Shown here one piece after another: positions 19,949-27,775 of a DNA stretch of 32,957 nucleotides. The first letter of the stretch is position 1. Each line of letters begins with the position of its first letter. The position numbers and the translations under genes are program-made. Location of the stretch: positions 1 through 32,957 of the IMG/VR virus record IMGVR_UViG_3300042556_001602. The stretch is one strand, 5' to 3'. Source of the DNA: a virus (taxonomy: Duplodnaviria > Caudoviricetes). The notes beneath the pieces are model-generated. The model worked only from the letters and a program-made list of their open reading frames with translations. It did no database searches and was not told where the DNA came from.

Positions 19949-21994
19949 CTATTTAAACGTACTTACTGCATATATTAATCCATATACGTTTGTTACGTCA
20001 GTCTGGGTTGCCCCAGCATTATCTTCAACATTAAAACCTACAAGGTTTAACGTTGTTCTTTGGGTTTCAGCAATATCATTATCTTCAATAGTGGAGTATC
20101 CTCCACCTCCACCACCTCCTGCATTTGCAGTAATGATAACTATATTATTTGCATCGTCATATGTTGCTGAAGCATTTACATGTGATGCATGGTTAAATAA
20201 TGCTGCTGCTTGATCTTGAATATATTCATTACCAGTAGCATTTTGTGGTACGTAAGAACTAGATGCTGATGACTGTGTTAAATAAAGAGATGATGCCCCA
20301 GATTGACTTAGGTAAGTTGAACTAGCAGATGCTGCAGTTAATCCTGCTGATTGGGTTAAATAGGTGTTTGAAGCGTCTGTTTGTGTAAGGTAGGTAGCAG
20401 ACAATCCTATAACATTAGAGTTATCAATATTTCCTTCAAAAGTTCCTGCTTTAATTGTTTCATATTGTGCGTTGGTAAAATCTATTGTTGTAGATATAGA
20501 ACTTGCTGATACATTAGAAAAAAGTTTCCATTTGTTATCACTTTTATCATATACCAAACCTCTATGTTTATGAGTTTGTTCTGTATCTCCAGTTTGTCCA
20601 TAAGATGCTGTAAATCCTTGATCTAAAACATCTTCTTGTTGTTGCTGAGTTGATAAGTTAATAACTGAGTCTGTAACATTAAGATTTGTTGCATCTATAT
20701 ATGTTGCAGACCCTGCAACGTATAGATTTCCACTTATTGTTAATCCACCTATAACACTTCCACCGCTTAATGGTAAATATGTAGCACTTGCTGCATTTAT
20801 TGCTCTTTGGTTTGTAAAGTATAAATTAGTTCCTTCTTCTATATTAGAAGTAGTTAAAGCATTTATTTGAGAATCTGTATACCCGCTTGCTGCGTTATAA
20901 GCAGAAACAGAGGCGGAATTTAAATAAGTTTGTAAACTTTCATTTTGCCATACACTAGAAGAATTGTTATAAAGTAAAATATCATTGTCTTGAGGACTAG
21001 ATATAGATATGTCATGAATATCTTCTAAATGCCCACTACTTGATGGTCTTACAAACAAAATTCCTGTTGTTTGGTGTCTTATTATAATTATTGCAACAAC
21101 TATTTCATGTTGTGGTTTTACATTTGTTAATTTACCAGGAACTGTTGGATGAACATAAAGTATGTCTCCAGCAGACCAGTTTTCATCTCCAACACTTATT
21201 GATGTTGATGAAGTTCCTCTTGTATCTAAATCTCTTACGTATCCAAAATGCTGTACAAAACCATTTACCCCACTTGATATCGATTCTGTGGCAAGACCCA
21301 TAAATCTAACTTCTCTAACTGATCCATCTGCAACATATGGAGTAACTTGTATTCTTCCACTTGACTCAACACCAGATGCATAAAGTGCAGTTCCTTTTCC
21401 TATTGTAGAACCAGTTGAGTTTCTGACTCTAAAAACTGACTCTTCTCCAAGGTGTATATGTTTTCCTGAAGATAAACCTAAGTTTAAAGTTCCTTCTGCT
21501 GAGTCCCATCCCATTAATCCAGTAACTGGATTTGTATTTGCAGTAGTATCAAATTGTATATAATCGGGGGTAGAAATAGAATTAACATTAGTATAATTAC
21601 CTGTTGAATTAATAGTAATACTATCTGTTGTACCTGATGCTGATATAGTTATATTTTCACCAGCAATAAAAGTTAAAGTATCAGAGTTACTATCTGCAGA
21701 AATAGTTTCGGTAGAAGGGTTTGTAGTTATACTTGAAAATATATTTAATGATGATACTTCTGTATCTGTATAATAATTTGCTTCTGATAAAGCATATGCA
21801 GATGCACTTGATACTATAGAATAATCAATGCTAACTGATCCAGATCCACCGCCACTTAACTCAGCCCAAGCACCATTAGAATAAACTTTTACAACATCAT
21901 CGGTAGTATTAAAATATAGTTGACCCTCTGACCCAGTTGCTGGATCCGAGGCTAAACCTACTAAACCTAACGGTGTTAAAAACTTTTTTGCCAT
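19949..21994 (-). CDS. tail fibre protein
   Basis: LASDP...GQLYFNTT, EGTNLYFT..RA and ASxTYLTQ repeats. Confidence 0.8.
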   Translation of the reverse strand: MAKKFLTPLGLVGLASDPATGSEGQLYFNTTDDVVKVYSNGAWAELSGGGSGSVSIDYSIVSSASAYALSEANYYTDTEVSSLNIFSSITTNPSTETISADSNSDTLTFIAGENITISASGTTDSITINSTGNYTNVNSISTPDYIQFDTTANTNPVTGLMGWDSAEGTLNLGLSSGKHIHLGEESVFRVRNSTGSTIGKGTALYASGVESSGRIQVTPYVADGSVREVRFMGLATESISSGVNGFVQHFGYVRDLDTRGTSSTSISVGDENWSAGDILYVHPTVPGKLTNVKPQHEIVVAIIIIRHQTTGILFVRPSSSGHLEDIHDISISSPQDNDILLYNNSSSVWQNESLQTYLNSASVSAYNAASGYTDSQINALTTSNIEEGTNLYFTNQRAINAASATYLPLSGGSVIGGLTISGNLYVAGSATYIDATNLNVTDSVINLSTQQQQEDVLDQGFTASYGQTGDTEQTHKHRGLVYDKSDNKWKLFSNVSASSISTTIDFTNAQYETIKAGTFEGNIDNSNVIGLSATYLTQTDASNTYLTQSAGLTAASASSTYLSQSGASSLYLTQSSASSSYVPQNATGNEYIQDQAAALFNHASHVNASATYDDANNIVIITANAGGGGGGGYSTIEDNDIAETQRTTLNLVGFNVEDNAGATQTDVTNVYGLIYAVSTFK

Positions 21995-22010
21995 ATCAAT
22001 CCTTTTGTAA

Positions 22011-22034
22011 GGAGGCAGATTTTATTCTGCCCCC
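22011..22034 (-). terminator. intergenic hairpin, possible weak terminator or processing site
   Basis: Minus strand GGGGGCAGA-ATAAA-TCTGCCTCC; poor U-tract. Confidence 0.4.
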
Positions 22035-22046
22035 CACTTTTTATTA

Positions 22047-23474
22047 TTACGCTATTATTACAACGCGATATGCATTGTTAGTTGGAACAATACCAAATGT
22101 AACTGTTACGTTATTTGCGTCTGTTCTAACTACGTCAACTTCAACTGTTTCATATGTTGAGTTGTCATAAACGTTTACTACAGCATCTCTTGAGTTAAGA
22201 TTATGTGTAATTGCAAATGTTGTTGCAGATCCGTTTCCAACATTAGCAGATGCTTTTCTTGTGAAGCCATCTGTTACTAATGCTGCTTCTAGTGATACCT
22301 TATCTACACTTAAACCATTGGTTGTTGTTAAGAAAGATGCAGAGGCAGCACCAGAAAGAATTACATTTGCACGTAATTCTTCTTGTCCAGGTCCATTATC
22401 TTGATATACAAAATCAATTGTTTCGCTATCAAGCATAAATGAATTTACTGTACTTTTTACTGAAGAATTAAAATCAGTTATAACAGAAGCAGAATGTGTG
22501 TGTCCTTCTAATGAGAGTGCATATGATGCACTACCGTTATTAGATGTCCATTTCTTTTCTGATTCATCCCAGAAAAGTTCTGCATTTGGAGCGTCTCCAC
22601 GTTCTATTTCAATACCAGCATCTGTAGTAGGTGCACCAGTAGCATTGCTATTTAGTACAACTTTATTATCTTCTACTTGTAGTGTTGCTGTATTTAGGTA
22701 GGTTGTGCTTCCAGAAACTGTTAAGTCACCAGTTACAACAAGGCTGCCACCGATTGTTACATCGTCTGGTAGTCCAATTGTTACTGCACCAGCGGATGCT
22801 GATACTGTAACTTCATTTGCTGTTCCAGATAGACTTGTTACACCAGTGTTAGAAATTGTTAGAGAAGATCCTTCTCCACCACTTCCAGAAACGCTAATTC
22901 CTGTACCAGCGGTTGCTCCAGCAACATAGTCACCAGTTGTATCGGTTCCTAATGCTACAGAGTTTGCTCCAACTGTTGCATTAATTGTAATATCTTGTGA
23001 ACCATTAAATGATGCACTACCACTTAAGTCTCCACCTAAACTAATTGTTCGAGCGGTTGCTAAAGTAGTTGCTGTGTTAGCATTTCCTGTTGTATCAGCA
23101 TTGATAGTTGATGGTAAACTAATTGTTACAGCACCTGCTGATGCAGATACTTCAACTTCGTTTGCGGTTCCTAAAACACTTGTTACTCCAGTATTTGCAA
23201 TTGTTAAAGTTCCAGCCTCATCATTATAATTTAATGATATTGCTGTTCCTGCTACTAATAAATCATTTACTGCGTCTTGTAGTTGTTCTACTGTTTGACC
23301 AATAACTTGCCAGGCTGATGCTCCACCATTGTAATACTTTAGTTGCGAATCCGCAGTATTATAATAAATTTGACCAGCGACTGGACTAGCAGGATCTGAG
23401 GCTAAGTTTTGAATTCGTGCATTTTGCAGTTCTAACTTATTCAGATCAATTGGCGTTAAAAATTTTCTAGCCAT
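22047..23474 (-). CDS. tail fibre protein
   Basis: IDLNKLELQNARIQNL, TARTISLGGDLSGSASFNGS, AGIEIERG, C-terminal ITHNLNSRD domain. Confidence 0.8.
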   Translation of the reverse strand: MARKFLTPIDLNKLELQNARIQNLASDPASPVAGQIYYNTADSQLKYYNGGASAWQVIGQTVEQLQDAVNDLLVAGTAISLNYNDEAGTLTIANTGVTSVLGTANEVEVSASAGAVTISLPSTINADTTGNANTATTLATARTISLGGDLSGSASFNGSQDITINATVGANSVALGTDTTGDYVAGATAGTGISVSGSGGEGSSLTISNTGVTSLSGTANEVTVSASAGAVTIGLPDDVTIGGSLVVTGDLTVSGSTTYLNTATLQVEDNKVVLNSNATGAPTTDAGIEIERGDAPNAELFWDESEKKWTSNNGSASYALSLEGHTHSASVITDFNSSVKSTVNSFMLDSETIDFVYQDNGPGQEELRANVILSGAASASFLTTTNGLSVDKVSLEAALVTDGFTRKASANVGNGSATTFAITHNLNSRDAVVNVYDNSTYETVEVDVVRTDANNVTVTFGIVPTNNAYRVVIIA

Positions 23475-23507
23475 TTGTTTCTCCTTTTATTTCTTTATTT
23501 TTTCGCA

Positions 23508-23858
23508 TTATGATAAATAAGCCTTCCCCGAGAACGCACTCGAAAAAGATAGTACTACAGTATTTGCATTTGGATAGTTATATGACCCCTCAACAACTGT
23601 TCCTCCAGAATCAACTACTGTTATATTGGGTACAAAACCCAAACCGTGTGTTATGTTCCATGTATCTGAAGCAATGTTTTGTGTATGAGCATATCCCAAC
23701 GCTGTAGGATCTATTTGACCTGATGGACCTTGTGGACCAGATGTTCCGATACTTACTTCTACTAAAGTTTCATTTACTATTACATCTATGTTAGATTCAG
23801 TAATTGCTAATTCAATTGGGTTTTCTATTACTTCGATAGTTACATTTCCGTCAGCCAT
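23508..23858 (-). CDS. small structural protein
   Basis: Short GPQGP; HTQ..ASDTWNITHGLG..P.ITVVDS.G...FSGKAYL. Confidence 0.75.
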   Translation of the reverse strand: MADGNVTIEVIENPIELAITESNIDVIVNETLVEVSIGTSGPQGPSGQIDPTALGYAHTQNIASDTWNITHGLGFVPNITVVDSGGTVVEGSYNYPNANTVVLSFSSAFSGKAYLS

Positions 23859-24208
23859 TATCTGGTTACCTCTGGGCTAACTATAAAAGATCCTTCAACA
23901 AGTCTGTCAACTGTTCCATTTGCTGCTTGTACTTCTAGGTCGTAAACAAAGTTTCCAGCACTTAGTGCTGCTGTTGCGGATGCTGATATTAATATATCTA
24001 TAGTTCCAGCACTACCACCAAGGGTAATGCCGCTGCCAGAAGTTAAAGATACTAATGTGCTTGTAGCGTAATGGGCTTCTCTTACTTGAAGTCTTGAAGA
24101 ATATCCAGTAAGATTTACTGGTACATCTTCTATTTTATAAGTTAAACGGCGATTAAACGTGCTTCCTTGCGGGCATAAAAAGTTAACTCGTCCTGGGGTC
24201 AAGGACAT
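23858..24208 (-). CDS. Ig-like/BppU-N-like structural protein
   Basis: QGSTF...VNLTGY..RLQVR...VYDLE...RLVEG.F.VSPEVTR. Confidence 0.75.
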   Translation of the reverse strand: MSLTPGRVNFLCPQGSTFNRRLTYKIEDVPVNLTGYSSRLQVREAHYATSTLVSLTSGSGITLGGSAGTIDILISASATAALSAGNFVYDLEVQAANGTVDRLVEGSFIVSPEVTR

Positions 24209-24258
24209 ATTGACACACTCCTAGATGAAGTATCATCTAATCACATTATACCAAACTA

Positions 24259-24570
24259 TTATTTATCAACTATAACTGTAACTATGTCTTTAATGACCTT
24301 TAATTCCCCTGAGATCTCAGATACCTGTTGTTTCATTTTGTTTTGGTCTCGGCGAATATAATCAATTTTATCTGACATTGATGAGCCACCATTGGGCAAT
24401 ATTTGTCTTTCAATTTTTTCTAGTCTTTCTATTAAAGTATCGCCTTTTTTATTTTTACCAAAAATTCCTTCGAATCGTCTGGCAATTGCATATCCTGTGG
24501 TTAACGCGATAACAACAACTGTTAACATCTGCCAGGTTTCGGCGAGGGTAGCAAGAATATTCATTTCCAT
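24259..24570 (-). CDS. membrane protein with coiled coil (actinophage-type NGGSS motif)
   Basis: N-terminal TM; PNGGSSMSDKID. Confidence 0.7.
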   Translation of the reverse strand: MEMNILATLAETWQMLTVVVIALTTGYAIARRFEGIFGKNKKGDTLIERLEKIERQILPNGGSSMSDKIDYIRRDQNKMKQQVSEISGELKVIKDIVTVIVDK

Positions 24571-24624
24571 TGTAATAACAATTATAACATTGACTTTTGT
24601 TATTTATACCACTATAATTAGAAT

Positions 24625-24840
24625 ATGAACAAAACAAAAGAAAAAGTTGAATACTATTTAACAGCAGTCGATAGGTGTGATCGTTGCCAAGCACAAGCCT
24701 ATGTTCGAGCCACAGGCGTGTCGGGCGAGTTGTACTTTTGTGGGCACCACTTTGCAGGTATGGAAGAAAGTGTTTCTAAGTGGGCATTTGAAGTTATAGA
24801 TGAACGAGAAAAACTCGTTGAAAATAAATTAGTTGATTAA
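24625..24840 (+). CDS. actinobacterial-type zinc-ribbon protein (DUF7455-like), leaderless
   Basis: LTAVDRCDRCQAQAYVR...L.FCGHH; TATAAT at 24613-24618, 6 nt before the ATG. Confidence 0.8.
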   Translation: MNKTKEKVEYYLTAVDRCDRCQAQAYVRATGVSGELYFCGHHFAGMEESVSKWAFEVIDEREKLVENKLVD

Positions 24841-24861
24841 TACTTAATATTAGTATATAAT
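24833..24861 (+). promoter_or_regulatory. promoter TTGATT-17-TATAAT with no downstream ORF
   Basis: 24833-24838 and 24856-24861. Confidence 0.65.
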
Positions 24862-24867
24862 AGATAT

Positions 24868-24972
24868 ACGGTCTGCCCAGGTACTTTAGTGTATCCATCT
24901 AGTCGGCTTCGTATCCGATTGGGCAACTAGGAAAGCGGTGTATCCACCAACACATACCGCACCGCTTTCCGC
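24868..24972 (+). ncRNA. candidate structured small RNA
   Basis: GC-rich island after the promoter; stems TGCCCAG/TTGGGCA, GTCGG/CCGAT and GGAAAGCGGTG/CACCGCTTTCC. Confidence 0.55.
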
Positions 24973-25545
24973 TTAAAATTCCGCGACATGTACACCCCTA
25001 TCCCCCTATATCTTCCGATATAAATATAGAATATGAGGGTGCGAATATAAAAGGGTATAAATATATCTACATATGATGATTATCTTATATGTTTGAATGC
25101 TTTATATATAATAAAGGATGCTACGCATATGTTTATGAATAAATAATCAAGGATCATTTTCTACCCGATTTTTTAGATATCTTCATACATAATTTACACA
25201 TAGATCTATAACCATCAGTAGATTTATCATATTTATCAAAATCTGAAAAATTTTTTATTTCCCCACACCAAATACACTTCTTAGTATTAGACTTTATCAT
25301 CTATAAATATATAATGTTATTGCAAATACTAACATTGTTCCTAATAGTAAATAATCAAGAGGATTCATTAATACCCCCGATTTTTGTATAACCCCCACGT
25401 AACGTTGTCGTTAGAGGTGGGGGTCTTGGTTCTAAGGGAGCGTATCCCCTACTAGATCCTTAGATCCATTATAAACCCATTTTAAGAAAATCTGTGTATT
25501 TTTCTAAGATGTATGATGCGTAATTTAAAAAACGATTTCAAAAAT

Positions 25546-25590
25546 AATTAGAGAGCACATAATCGTTTTATTTTAGAGATGCTCTCTAAT
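25546..25590. terminator. 12-bp inverted repeat, possible bidirectional terminator
   Basis: AATTAGAGAGCA...TGCTCTCTAATT flanked by A and T tracts, right after the 25600 ORF. Confidence 0.5.
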
Positions 25591-25599
25591 TTTATTTTC

Positions 25600-25881
25600 T
25601 TAAACTAGTCCTTCATTCTTTAGGCAAGGGAAGATAACCTCTACATCAGCAGTGAACTCATCTTCTACCCAACCACCATTGTTATAGATTGCTGTTAGTG
25701 CTCTGTCTACATCTTCACCCTCACCATATAGGAATTGAGTAGCAAGGATATCGGCTGTGTACTTATCAACACAATCAACATCATACTTATGCCAAACCAT
25801 AACTAGTAGTAATGTCATTAGTATTGTGTAAAGGACAATGACTAAGTTCTTTCCTCTGCGTGTTAGGTTATTCCATGTCAT
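25600..25881 (-). CDS. membrane-anchored hypothetical protein
   Basis: LTRRG then a TM helix; GAGGAG RBS. Confidence 0.75.
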   Translation of the reverse strand: MTWNNLTRRGKNLVIVLYTILMTLLLVMVWHKYDVDCVDKYTADILATQFLYGEGEDVDRALTAIYNNGGWVEDEFTADVEVIFPCLKNEGLV

Positions 25882-25969
25882 CTTGCTATCTCCTCTGCTA
25901 ATCTAATAAAGTGTATCAGTACTGGCACAACTATTGCAAGAATAATAAACGCTATACCTAATGGGTTCA

Positions 25970-26164
25970 TTAGTTCACACTCGCAATATAGGCACATGCT
26001 ACCCATGTAGTAACTAATGCTATTGCTAGCCATGTCTCGTCATGTGCATAGCGTATGCTGTCTACTACATTGGACACATGATACTTAGTAGTATCCCATG
26101 CATTAGATAGATAGTATTTAGTGTTTTCTATTCTGTAATATGTTTTAGAGTATATAGATATCAT
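25970..26164 (-). CDS. hypothetical protein with C-terminal TM
   Basis: 64 aa, coupled to the upstream ORF by an ATGA overlap. Confidence 0.65.
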   Translation of the reverse strand: MISIYSKTYYRIENTKYYLSNAWDTTKYHVSNVVDSIRYAHDETWLAIALVTTWVACAYIASVN

Positions 26165-26307
26165 TTAATTTCTACCCCCGTAATTTCTGCACCTAGTTCG
26201 ATTGTATTTTGTATAATCTCTAGAGCCTTTTGGATAGAGTCTATCTCGTAAATAAACGGCACTTCTAAGCCGTCATTTAGTCTGCTAGTAACTGATATTG
26301 TATTCAT
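26161..26307 (-). CDS. 48-aa hypothetical protein
   Basis: Manual: MNTISVTSRLNDGLEVPFIYEIDSIQKALEIIQNTIELGAEITGVEIK; abuts both neighbours. Confidence 0.65.
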   Translation of the reverse strand: MNTISVTSRLNDGLEVPFIYEIDSIQKALEIIQNTIELGAEITGVEIK

Positions 26308-26433
26308 TTAGTAACCTGCCTTATCCATGGCACAATCGCCACATAGTAGGACATTTGCTAAATCAAATCTATGCACTCTAATCATGTCCTCACACTTAGA
26401 GCAGTATGCTGTTAAATACATATTTTTTTTCAT
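26308..26433 (-). CDS. 41-aa zinc-finger microprotein
   Basis: Manual: ...YCSKC...LCGDCAMDKAGY. Confidence 0.7.
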   Translation of the reverse strand: MKKNMYLTAYCSKCEDMIRVHRFDLANVLLCGDCAMDKAGY

Positions 26434-26591
26434 TTAACTAATAACCCCTTTCTTAATTCGCCTAATCTAATTAGGTGACAATCTAAACATAGAAACATCA
26501 TCTTACATAGATTGTCTGTGTGACACATCTTAGTTACAGAGGTTTCACATCCTACACATAGGAAAGTTATATCTACAATTTGTTTATTCAT
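26430..26591 (-). CDS. 53-aa Cys-rich zinc-finger microprotein
   Basis: Manual: ...LCVGC...LCLDCH...; GAAAGGA RBS. Confidence 0.7.
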   Translation of the reverse strand: MNKQIVDITFLCVGCETSVTKMCHTDNLCKMMFLCLDCHLIRLGELRKGLLVK

Positions 26592-26626
26592 TTTATTTTA
26601 TCCTTTCAAGATAATTCTTTTTTGTT

Positions 26627-26690
26627 GAGGTTAGTTTACTTGCTAGGCTCATACCCTTTCGGGTCTTATTTGCTAGGCTCACCTAACCTC
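26627..26690 (-). ncRNA. symmetric dual-motif stem-loop, copy 1
   Basis: Outer stem GAGGTTAG/CTAACCTC; 16-mers at 26636-26651 and 26666-26681; inner ACCC-GAAA-GGGT. Confidence 0.7.
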
Positions 26691-26700
26691 TTATACTTAT

Positions 26701-26722
26701 ACTCTAGCAGGGGGGTCTGACA
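26701..26722 (-). promoter_or_regulatory. PafBC/RecA-NDp-type promoter
   Basis: TGTCAG-acccccctgc-TAGAGT. Confidence 0.75.
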
Positions 26723-26761
26723 TTTTTGCTATCTAATGTCTGATTTATCCCATTTAGATTT

Positions 26762-26777
26762 TGTGACCTTGGTCACT
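26762..26777. promoter_or_regulatory. CRP-like box (one mismatch)
   Basis: TGTGA-ccttgg-TCACT. Confidence 0.55.
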
Positions 26778-26835
26778 TATTCGCTAGGCTCATTCGGACA
26801 TTTCCGACTTATTTGCTAGGCTCATTGACTAGGTC
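26765..26835 (-). ncRNA. symmetric dual-motif stem-loop, copy 2
   Basis: Outer stem (minus) GACCT.GTCA/TGAC..AGGTC; 16-mers at 26777-26792 and 26809-26824; inner TCGGA-N4-TCCGA. Confidence 0.7.
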
Positions 26836-26859
26836 TAATCTCTATTTAGTTATATTCTA

Positions 26860-26888
26860 AACCTATCAGAGGATATCCTAAAAGTCAA
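26860..26888 (-). promoter_or_regulatory. promoter TTGACT-17-TAGGTT feeding stem-loop copy 2
   Basis: Hexamers at 26883-26888 and 26860-26865; CGGCGTGTCG box just upstream. Confidence 0.6.
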
Positions 26889-26919
26889 ATCGACACGCCG
26901 TGTTCCTTAAAGTTTTTTG

Positions 26920-26962
26920 TGTGACCTTCCTCACACGCCGCGCGGGGGCTGTCCGATTTGTC
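26920..26962. repeat. 43-bp exact direct repeat, copy A (CRP box + CGCG node + TGTCCGATTTGTC)
   Basis: Identical to 27399-27441. Confidence 0.95.
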
Positions 26963-27027
26963 TGTCTCTATCTTATTTGCTAGGCTCATCCCTTTCGGGC
27001 TTATTTGCTAGGCTCATATAGAGACAG
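26962..27027 (-). ncRNA. symmetric dual-motif stem-loop, copy 3
   Basis: Outer stem CTGTCTCTAT/ATAGAGACAG; 16-mers at 26973-26988 and 27001-27016; inner CCC-GAAA-GGG. Confidence 0.7.
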
Positions 27028-27035
27028 GCTAGGGG

Positions 27036-27137
27036 CTATTCGCCTCTAAACATCTTGTAGAACTGGTCGTAATCAGGTTCTACACCCTCTGGGAGTTCAG
27101 ACTCCCAAGCCTCTAGGGCTTCAACGTATCCTCTCAT
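27036..27137 (-). CDS. 33-aa acidic microprotein
   Basis: Manual: MRGYVEALEAWESELPEGVEPDYDQFYKMFRGE; GAGGTG RBS, TAATG coupling. Confidence 0.65.
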   Translation of the reverse strand: MRGYVEALEAWESELPEGVEPDYDQFYKMFRGE

Positions 27138-27298
27138 TATTTCACCTCGATTTCTTGTACTGAGTATTCATCTGAGTAATCTTCTTTACCAGAATCTTTT
27201 AACATTTCAATTAGATACAATTCTGCATCTTCTTTATTGATAAAGAAATTATCAAAATCAAATCCTTCATAATCTCTTACTATTCCGTATATCTTCAT
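27137..27298 (-). CDS. 53-aa acidic hypothetical protein
   Basis: Manual: MKIYGIVRDYEGFDFDNFFINKEDAELYL...YSVQEIEVK; GAAAGG RBS. Confidence 0.7.
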   Translation of the reverse strand: MKIYGIVRDYEGFDFDNFFINKEDAELYLIEMLKDSGKEDYSDEYSVQEIEVK

Positions 27299-27336
27299 TT
27301 ATTTACCTTTCTAGTAAATCTTTATCTTATATTCTT

Positions 27337-27358
27337 ACTCTATAGGGGGGGTCTGACA
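27337..27358 (-). promoter_or_regulatory. PafBC/RecA-NDp-type promoter
   Basis: TGTCAG-acccccccta-TAGAGT. Confidence 0.75.
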
Positions 27359-27398
27359 AAAACAGGGCGACACGCCGTATCTGCGTTACACTTTCTTT

Positions 27399-27441
27399 TG
27401 TGACCTTCCTCACACGCCGCGCGGGGGCTGTCCGATTTGTC
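27399..27441. repeat. 43-bp exact direct repeat, copy B
   Basis: Identical to 26920-26962. Confidence 0.95.
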
Positions 27442-27444
27442 GGA

Positions 27445-27639
27445 CTATAGCCTCACAAACGTACGCCAGTTAATTCCACAAGCCTCTTGGAATCTTATAT
27501 CGCTAAAGTTTTCATTATAGGCTAAAAATAAATCACCAAATTCCATAACGATTTCTTCAAAAGTTGTTTGAGGAATTTCATCTTGAAATTGTTTTAATAT
27601 TTTAGCCACATGTTCGAAGTGTTGTTTTGTGTATGTCAT
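27445..27639 (-). CDS. small phage protein (T..HF..VA.IL...N..F...RF..AC family)
   Basis: 64 aa; AAAGGA RBS. Confidence 0.75.
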   Translation of the reverse strand: MTYTKQHFEHVAKILKQFQDEIPQTTFEEIVMEFGDLFLAYNENFSDIRFQEACGINWRTFVRL

Positions 27640-27667
27640 TTTTTATCCTTTGTTAGTTATTAATTTT

Positions 27668-27689
27668 AATCTATCACATACCCCCGACA
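27668..27689 (-). promoter_or_regulatory. PafBC/RecA-NDp-type promoter
   Basis: TGTCGG-gggtatgtga-TAGATT. Confidence 0.75.
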
Positions 27690-27775
27690 AAACCAAGTCG
27701 ACACGCCGATCCTACGCCCGCGCGGCGACACGCCCGAGTGCGTTACACTTTCTTTGCGACACGCCGAGTTTGGAT

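Noticed and set aside
4816-23707. Plus-strand ORFs and alternate-frame minus ORFs within the structural block (e.g. 4816, 7601, 7865, 11735, 12863, 14030, 14115, 16451, 16916, 19179, 19821, 21091, 21162, 21937, 22498, 22705, 23123, 23510)
   Set aside because: They are shadows of well-supported genes. Their repeats simply mirror the coding repeats.
24874-24930. HDV-like ribozyme or canonical tRNA
   Set aside because: Nested pairing is possible, but there is no P1.1, P4 or J4/2 catalytic C segment. It is too short for a cloverleaf and lacks an anticodon arm and CCA.
26636-27016. Six 16-bp direct repeats as a CRISPR or TIGR-like guide array
   Set aside because: The repeats are short and come in pairs. 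The intervening sequences are self-complementary hairpins of 12-16 nt or promoter DNA, not unique spacers. No cas or Nop-domain gene is in the window.
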